The notes beneath the pieces are model-generated. The model was given only the letters and a program-made list of their open reading frames with translations, did no database searches and was not told where the DNA came from. This document shows, piece by piece, positions 54,800-64,000 of a stretch of 64,000 nt of DNA. The first letter of the stretch is position 1. Every line of letters starts with the position of its first letter. This DNA comes from the human T2T-CHM13v2.0 reference genome, Homo sapiens. The stretch lies in the NCBI RefSeq assembly GCF_009914755.1, contig NC_060932.1. One strand, given 5' to 3'. Position numbers and translations under genes: made by a program.

Positions 54800-55010
54800 A
54801 ACAGCACATTACATTTACTAAACATTGTATGACAGGCAATAATCTAATTATTTCACATGTATTACCCTATCATGTAATTCTCACAACCACCTTAGGAGAA
54901 AGGTACTGTTATACTCATTTTATAGATAAGAAAACTGAGGCAGAGAGAAATTAAGTAAATGGCTAAAGGTCACACATCTAGGAAGTAGTAGAGCCAAGAT
55001 TTAAACCTAG
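54800..55010 (-). mobile_element. MIR
   Basis: cattttatagataagaaaactgaggcagagag...aaggtcacaca core. Other MIR-like cores lie near 10600, 25235, 30800, 46600, 55390 and 57520. Confidence 0.75.
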
Positions 55011-55749
55011 TTTAAACCTAGTTTTAGGTTTAAAAGTAGGTTTTTAAACCTAGTTTTTAAACCTGGGAGATGATTTTCATATTAGTAACTAAATTGATAG
55101 TTAAAATAACCAGGTAGTAATAGACAACAGATATGCAGTAAAAACTGTGTTATGAATAGACCCAAAAAGACTACACCAGTAAGATACAGAACTCCAAAGG
55201 AGAGCAAGCAGTCAGCAGGGAGAAGAGCTCAAAATGGAGTAACACCAACTAATAAGATTGGCAGACCTTCAATACTACGAAATGAAAGTGCACAACCTAC
55301 ACATTCCTGTATGAAAGACCTCTCCACTTCTTGAAAGGCACAAAAATGGACTTGATGAGTCATACAAGTATGGGTATGAGTTCCAGCTCCAGCATTTACT
55401 AGCTGTGACCTTGAGAAAGCTATTTAATCTTCTCAAGCCTTAGATTCTAATTTGCAAAATAGCACTATTTCATAGCATTACTGACACTACTAAAAATGAC
55501 ACAGTATAGAGTTCTCTGCACAGAGTCTGCCACATAGTAAGTGCTCAATAAATGACCAATATTGTTGATATTTGTCAATAACTATTTAATGCTTATTCAA
55601 CATACCTCTCTGCCAAGAAAAATTATTTCTACACTTAAAAAATAGAACAAATACAGGTGATCAAGACGGGATAAACTAAACTGATAAAGAGTTATTACAA
55701 ACACAACTACCAATTCACCTAGGTTACCTAGATTCCTTTATACTTACCC

Positions 55750-56560
55750 CTACTAATGAGATTGCTAAACCACTACTGAAATCAAAGTAAACAAGAGATA
55801 TTAGAAGATATATGAGCTTAACATAGTTCTTCAGACAAATTCTAGAAGTGATTCCTAAACAGCTGATTCCTACATATGCAAAAGGGAATACTGGTGACTA
55901 GGACCAGCACAGTTTCATAAAGAAGCCAGATGAAAATAACCTCATTTCCAGTTATGAAGAAAATAGCAATAAAAAAATTAATATATTTTAAAACAAGTTA
56001 TTACAGTTCAAACTATATTGAAAACTGTCTTAACTCTAACAAAAGTGAATTCTAAAGGGATCAGTAAGGATAATGTAACCAAACAGCACACCAGGCTTGA
56101 CATGCTTGCCAAACAGCCAATGCAATTTTATGTAGTATCAATAGAATACAGCGCTCCAAGTAAAAGAAATAATTATCTCGCTCTTTCGACATCACTGAAC
56201 TGTTATCCTCAGTTCTTTACAATGACCCAAGAGAAAATTTACCAGTAACAGTACCAAACTAAGAAATGAGAAAAGCACAAAAAACAATCAGTATGAGTAA
56301 GAATCCACAGAAAAGGGTAATTACAAGAGAGAAAGCTTAAAATCCTGTGATGAGAACCAGTAAAATTAATGCAAATCTCTCTCTAGGCAAGGGACACTCA
56401 AAAAAAGCACTTTCCAAATACTGAAGAGTTCTTTGGCTGCTTAGAGGATTAGTCTTACTTTGAAGGCAAAACCTAAGAACCACAGGTGACAGTTTCTGGA
56501 AAGAAGATTTCAACTCTAAGGATAAATTCTCTCTAGTACTGAAGGCTGTCCAAAAAAGAA
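55750..56560 (+). mobile_element. Ancient CR1/L3 LINE fragments
   Basis: aggaccagcacagtttcataaagaa...aacctcatttcc (degenerate SQHGF..NLISF RT motif) and gccaaacagccaatgcaatttta...caatagaa. Confidence 0.55.
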
Positions 56561-56800
56561 AGCATTCAGGAAAGACTCAATCACTAAAATAATTTCCAAC
56601 TTTAATATTTATGATCTTGTCATTTTAATATAATCTGATAAAGTACTCAGGAAAAAATCACTATTATCAAAACTAAGCTAGCTCATTCTTCATTGTGACA
56701 TTTTATGATCGTCCTATTTCCTACATACACACTAAAACCTCAGTTCTTTAGTTCAAGAAGTAATGTCATGGAAATGCCTTACAGTAGGATTCATTTGGAG

Positions 56801-57137
56801 CAGGGGTTCCCAACCCCAAGGCCACGGACAGGTACTGCTCGGGAACTGCTCTGTGGCCTGATAGCAACCTGGCTGCACAGCAGGAGGTAAACTGCCTAAG
56901 CTCTGTCTCCTGTCAGGTGACCAGTGGCACTGATTCTCATAGGAGCACAAACCTTTACTGTGAACTGCACATACAAGGGAGCTAGGTTGCATGCTCCTTT
57001 GAAGAATCTAATGCCTGACAATCTGAAGTGGAACAGTGTCATCCAGAAACCATCCTCTCACATCCCCGCAACCCCCCACGTGGAAAAACTGTCTTTCACG
57101 AAACCAGTCCCTGGTGCCAGAAAGGTTGCAGACACTG
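56801..57137 (+). mobile_element. MER1B hAT DNA transposon, full length (337 bp)
   Basis: caggggttcccaacccc...gaatctaatgcctga...gaaaccagtccctggtgccagaaaggttgcagacactg. Confidence 0.88.
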
Positions 57138-59409
57138 ATTTAAATGTTAAAAGGAAAGGAAATTCCTGATTAAATATAACTAAATGACATACATACTTCT
57201 GCTATTCTACATAGATAACCAAGAATTTGCCATGTATATATATTTCAAAGTTTCATAGATTCGAAGTATCTTTTAATAGAGACAGAATCCATGTTGTGCT
57301 CATTGTTTCCCCTCGTGAATGTTCCCATAAAAATGAAAGGATGATTTACTCACCACATCTTCAACACCTAACACAGATACTGGCACATAAAAGATACTCA
57401 AAATATATTTTGCTGAAGGAATGAATGGCAAACACTTATCACTTATGATATGTCAAGCACTCCACCGTCTTACGTGCAAGGACTCATTTAATCCTTACAA
57501 CCACCCTGTGAAGTCAGTTATATTATTTTCCCATTTTACATAAGGAAACAAAGATAAGCTGACAGGGAATTTAGCCAGGGAAGTGAGATCTGACTTCTGA
57601 GTCCAAAGCACTTCTAATTACTTCACAATAAATGAGTGATACCAAACTGAGTGCACCAAATATGTTGATAACAGCAAGGCTGAAAAAGACACATGGAAAG
57701 CTTAACCATTCTTCAAAACAAAAACACTCTCCTGTTATATTTTGCTTATATGTATCACAAATGACCCCACATTTGTGATACATATACACTCAGGAGCCCT
57801 ATTTACTCATTCCCAGCTGAGCAAAATCACCTAAAGAGCTTTTTTTAGATAAATGAAGAGGGGTCCTCATTCTGGATACACATTAGAGCCATCTGGGGAG
57901 CTTTAAAGTATACTAATGCGTGAGCACACTCCTGAAATTCAGCTAACTGATACCGGCTGGGTTCCTATACTGGGTTTGGTAGGTGGTGTCTGTTTTTAGT
58001 TCTCCAACTTACTCTAACATCCTATTTAGTTCTAATTTCTAATGAAGTTGTATGGCCTAGCTTTCCTTTGTTTTTGTTTTGTTGTAACTCCTCAGGTGAC
58101 TACAATACACTGCTGGTCAAACCCCAATTTCCTTTCCTCTGTTTTAAGACTTCGTGGGTTGCTGAAAAGTGAAGGCACTGAGAAATACAGACCCAAAAGT
58201 GAACATGTTGTTTATAAAAGCATAAATATCACCCTAATAAGAGGAATTCAAGCCCTAGTTGGAACAATCTCTACAGCATATAAACAAGAGGGAAGGTAAT
58301 ACCAGCAACCCATCTTGAAACATTCATGTTTTCTGCAGCACAGTAAGACTTACACCTTAGCATCTGACCCCGTTATCTAAGACTGTTAAGAACCGATGCT
58401 GACTAGATTTGTTTACCCTATAAATTAGTGGGTAAATGAGGATTCTTCCATGAATTATGCCTCAAGGGACAGAAGCAAACTTGCCAGTAGAAACCCAACT
58501 TAGCAAATTCTTCTACACCTTCTGAAACTTTGTCATGTTCTGGGTGTAAATGCTTAAACTACTCTATGTGCCCTAAACAGTAAGTATTGTTCTCTGATTA
58601 GGTCAGTTGTCTCTCAAACTGTTTCCCAGATTTCTGAAGTTTACACAGTCTCAAGTTGGGCAGATCTTCAAGGAATCCCAACCTGCAAGATAGTAAACAG
58701 ATGTCCTGTCTGCTGAAATTACCCTGCAGGGAACAGTTTTCTACTATTGTTCATTATTCAGTGCAAACTATTTGAAAAAGCAAAGCAGACTATACGCCAT
58801 CTCTAATGAACACAATGCTACTTTTTAAAGTGTCTGGCTTTAAAAAAAAAAAATTAAAACCTATCTTTGCCCAAAAATCTAAAAGCAAGAACGGATTTAA
58901 CTTCTATGACAAGTATTCTCTGTATTATAGGGTAAAATATAAATACCAATCTAAAATAGCCAAATAAATAACATTATAAGTCAATAAATCTAAAATTTAG
59001 AAGAGTTAAGGATGGCAGGTAAAATCTCTCATCCTTCCTAAAGGGAAAGATTTAACAGAATCTCTAAGACCTCCCTATCAAAATCATATCAAAGACTCAG
59101 TTCCATGACAGGGAACAGTTCAAATTTGACCAAAATAAATATTAAAGCTTTTTGATGAACTAGAATAATTTCCTATCAAACATAATGTCTGCATAGACCA
59201 GTAACTACAGAAAGATTTGAAATCTTTCTGCATAGAATCACTAGGCTTCTGTTATTTTGACTTCTTTCATTCCCTCATTCATTCATTCATTCACTTAGAT
59301 ATTTACTGAGTGACTTTTCAGATCAGTCACCTCTGCCAGGCCCTGGGAATATGAAACTAAATCAAACACATAGGTCTTACTTTCATGGGGCTCATATTTT
59401 TAGAACAGC

Positions 59410-60200
59410 AAGTCTCAAACACACTGTTTCTCTTTATTCTCACACAACACTGCTGACACCAGATGTGTGGGTTCTTTCTATACCACGTAATTCTTCAATT
59501 CGCCCAACACCAGCTGGGTATCTTACAATTTAATTCAATTTTTGACACTATCTTCCTGGAGTTAGTGTCAGATTCCCAAAGTTAAGGACACAGTCCTACA
59601 AGACTGCCCTCACTTCAGATGCCAATCCCAAATCCAGGCCTCCAGTACTTCTGACCAACCAGTTATAAATCAGGAGTTCCCACAAAACCCTCCTCAGATT
59701 CAGTAATTTGCTAGAATGACTCACAGAATCCAGAGAAACACTTTACTTACATTTATCACTTTATTATAAAGGACATGACAAAGGACACAAATGAAAAGCC
59801 AGATCAAGAGATGCACAGGAGAAAGTATTGGAGGTTAGGGGGCAGAGCTTCTCTGGGCCTGCATCCTCCCAGCTCCTCCAAGTGTTTGGAAACCCAAAAG
59901 CTCATCAAATCTTGCACAAGAGTTTTTACAGAGCTTAACGGAGCTTCATCTCCAGCCCACCTACCCTCTTTCCCAGAGGTCAGTGGGGCTGAAGGTTCCA
60001 ACCTTCTAATCACTTGCTCTTTTGGGTGACCTGCTCCATCCTGAGGGGCCTGACCTAAATCACCTCATTAGCATTAACTCAGGTGTGATCAAAGAAAAAG
60101 CATTATGAATAAAAGACAGTCCTATCACTCAGGAAATCCTAAAGGTTTGGGGAACAGTGTGACAGAAACCAAGAACAAAGACTAAAGATATTTCATGTAT
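59410..60200. mobile_element. MER21-family LTR
   Basis: ctgacaccagatgtgtggg...caagactgccctcacttcagatgccaatc...cacctcattagcat...cctatcactcaggaaat. Confidence 0.75.
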
Positions 60201-60790
60201 TTCAAGGCCCTTTAAAATTTAAAAAAAAAACAAACTCTTAAAAAATTTTAAAAATCCCTAAAATTTTCATGGACCCCCAAAAATCTTATACATTGATATC
60301 TGCATATCAGAAATTCAAACCAAGAAATGTCTGAAATATTTATTTCTCTTAAAAATAACCTCTATTGCAAGCTTTGAAAAAAATTAAAAATAAATGCATT
60401 ACATGCTAATATAAACTATGTTTTAATGAAAAATATTTTATAAAACAAGGTAATTTTATCAGAATATTAGAATGACAATGTTTCACATTTTTGTAAAAAA
60501 TCTACATTTTCAAAAAAAATTTAATCCAGGAGAGGAGAAACATAGTTTTACATTTTTGTAAATCTTTTTAATATCTGGTTTAATAGAAAACAGATGGATA
60601 ATCATATCTGTTCTTGCAGTCAATCCTTTATGATATCACACTAATCATGTAGCATCTGGAAACCTCCATTAAACAGTCGTGAAAGAATGAGAGTAAAAAT
60701 GGCAAATTATGTATTATTATGAAAATAAGTTTTGACCTTGGAGACTCTCTAAAAGGGTGTCCAAGATCCTCACACTTTAGGAGCCACTAT
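60200..60790. mobile_element. Charlie1/MER33-like hAT fragment(s)
   Basis: acatttttgtaaatctttttaatatctggtttaatagaaaacag...aaataagttttgacctt...cacactttaggagccact. Confidence 0.65.
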
Positions 60791-61153
60791 TCTAGAATGA
60801 CAATTAGGAAAATTAATGTGATTACAGATTGCGGAAATTGCTAAGAAAAGGGGAAATGTAACAAGGAGGGGCAGGGAAGCAGCCTTACCTTAGGGGGATC
60901 CAGGAAGGGCTTCTGAGAGGATACCTGACCAGAGAACTGAAGAACAAGCCATCAGCCCTATGAAAACTTGGGAGAAGAGAATACTTGACGACTATGGATT
61001 TTTAATCTTTTAATAAAAATGCTAATATTTACATTTCATAAATCACACAAGTTGTATTTTAGGGGAAGAAAAAGGCCTCTAGATGGATAAGCACTAGGGT
61101 GGGAGTGATACACGTTCACGTTTTTACTAAAAGAACTGGTAGATAAATAATAA

Positions 61154-61472
<319 letters not shown>

Positions 61473-61989
61473 GGAACAGTTATATCTTAAAATAACATTA
61501 AGTAATTCAAAACTACCAATTTCATTTATTTTTTGTTAATGAATTATAAAACACAATATACTAGTAAAATCCTTTCAGGAAAAGTTACCATAGCTTTTAA
61601 TTAGCAATATGCGTATTCCTAATGCCAGGGTCAGGGTCAATCTTTACCTAGTAGGCATGTCTATGAAGCTAACACCAGAATTCCTCCAATATAGGTTGCA
61701 ACTCCAATAAAGTTCAGAGGTAAAAAGAAAACTATTCAAGAAACACATTGGACTTTCAGGACCTGCAAGTTAATGCAGCCATGCCCCAAAATACATCAGA
61801 CATAGACATAATCTGCAAAACCTAGGAGCTAAGTAATAATCCAATCTCTGTTCTTGGGTCAGGATATGGAGTTTTGAACTTGGCTGAGCCACGAAAGTAG
61901 AAACTGAGACCTTTCTAAAAAGCTTCAACTCTATGAAAATTGCTAGTGCGAAAGCAGAAAACAGTAACTACAGTATCTTATAAGCTAAA

Positions 61990-62990
61990 CATAAACGCAC
62001 CAAATGACTATACCTAGTCCCAGGAATCTACCCAAGAGAAATAAAAACATCCACACAAAGACATGTCTACAAATGTTCATGGTAGCATTATTCATAACAG
62101 CTAAAAACTGGAATCAACCCAAACCACCAAATGCAGATGAATAAACTGCAGCACAGGTTGAGTATCCCTTATCCAAAATGCTTGGGACGACAAGTGTTTT
62201 AGAGTTTGGAATAGTTGCATTTTCAACCCTATCTTTACGCCACAGAGCAGAGAATAAGCCAAAACACCACCACCACCACCACATAATGAGTAATGCAAAT
62301 AGGTCGTCTTGGCCCCATGTGGATCATCGTGGGGAATCTGCTGTTGATGTATCAAGCCCCCACTTTATTACGCTCTGCAGGTATGCTTGCAGGAGGCGAT
62401 TTGGGCATGCAGAAAAAAAAAAAAAACGTAACACAGCTAAAGGAGGCTGGGAGGGTCTTTTTTCCCTTGGAGACCCCGAATAAACTGTGTGGTGTGCAAC
62501 TGTGTTTTGACAACAATCCATCACATGAAGTCAGGTGTGGAATTTTCCAATGTGGCATCATATCAGCGCTGAAAAAGCTTCACATTTTGGAACTTTTCAA
62601 ATTCTGGATTTTGCAATTAGGGATGTTCAACCTGTATATCTATTCTATGGAATTATACTCAACAATAAAAAGGTAAAATACCAATAGACAAAACAAGGAG
62701 AAATCTCAAAAACATGCAAAGTGAAAGAAGTTAAACAAAATGTTATGTATGACACATATGATTTCATTTATATGAAATTCTAGAAAAGGCAAAACAATAG
62801 TAACAGGAAGCTGATAGATAAGTGGTTGCCTAGGGCCAAGGTGAGAAGGCAAATACTGACTGCAGAAGGATACCAGGAAACTCTCCAAGTGGGGAAACTA
62901 TTCTATTAATACATCTTGATTGTGGTAGCAGTTAAACAATTGTTTATAGTTACTAAAGTTCATCCAACTGTGCATTTAAAATGAGTGGAA
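61990..62990 (+). mobile_element. Old L1ME/MB 3' fragment interrupted by a Tigger element
   Basis: cccaagagaaataaaaacatccacacaaagac...; resumes tattctatggaattatactc...tgaaattctagaaaaggcaaaac. Confidence 0.75.
62154..62634. mobile_element. Tigger4 (Zombi/MER46)-family DNA transposon
   Basis: TIRs caggttgagtatccct / agggatgttcaacctg followed by TA; ccaaaatgcttgggac motif. Confidence 0.8.
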
Positions 62991-62991
62991 T

Positions 62992-63336
<345 letters not shown>

Positions 63337-63985
63337 TTAAAAGTCTGATGAAGAAACAATTCATACATGCGCTGACTCCCAATTTTACTCTCAATTTCAG
63401 AGTTCAAAGGTCCCCTGAGATGCTATAATACCCAAAGAGCTAAGAACCACAACTATAACCCTACCTATTATGTATAATATAAAATAAATATCTATTGACT
63501 CATGTTTTTAATAAACCTAGGTCACCAAAAATAAATTAAATTGTATTATTGTTGAAGACAAAGTATACTGCTTAGAATTCTGCTGTTTACAGTATTTTGG
63601 AATTTAATGAGATTATTTAGACAACAGATAATTTGTTCCTAGAAAAGCCTGTTTACGTAAAACAAATTCAAAGAAATTGGAAAATGTTAAAATATTTACC
63701 ATCTCCCTGCCCAAAAAGACATGATTTTTTTAAAAATTCACACTACCCAATATTCTATATCAAAAAGCATACTTCTCAAAGTGTGCAAGCCCTAAAAACA
63801 AACATTCAAACCTGAAGGACAGGTAGGCATTTGAAAAGATCTACGAACCTCTTAAAATCATCAGCAATATTTTCTATCTACGTACTTGAAGGCATTTCCC
63901 TGGGGAAGAAAAAAAAAAGACTTTGTCATTCTTCAAATTCCCAAAAAAGCCCATAACCCAAAAATAAAGTTTTAAAAATTAATAG

Positions 63986-64000
63986 GGCTGGGCGCAGTGG
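63986..64000 (+). mobile_element. Start of an Alu cut by the window edge
   Basis: ggctgggcgcagtgg. Confidence 0.6.

Overview
Primate (almost certainly human) genomic DNA lying entirely inside the EIF3H gene, which is transcribed on the minus strand. The only protein-coding sequence is one 157-bp exon (52637-52793, start of the MPN domain, canonical exon 2). Everything to its left is the long downstream intron and everything to its right is the upstream intron. The rest is mostly transposable-element sequence: a young SVA, about 13 Alu/FLAM copies, a solo LTR13 nested in MER1B, THE1/MLT1/MER21 LTRs, old L1/L2/CR1 fragments, several DNA transposons and an old HMGN1 processed pseudogene. I see no new gene or biological system. 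The best-supported unusual observations are: (1) the SVA carries a ~117-bp 3' transduction (second AATAAA, second poly(A), TSD closing only after it); (2) a 118-bp near-perfect non-tandem duplication abuts a G-quadruplex-like tract; (3) the HMGN1 retrocopy lacks the ATG exon, begins with an intron-like leader and keeps ancestral residues; (4) several small templated-repair-like scars. Repeat subfamily names come from memory of consensus sequences and need RepeatMasker confirmation. Boundaries of old elements are approximate.
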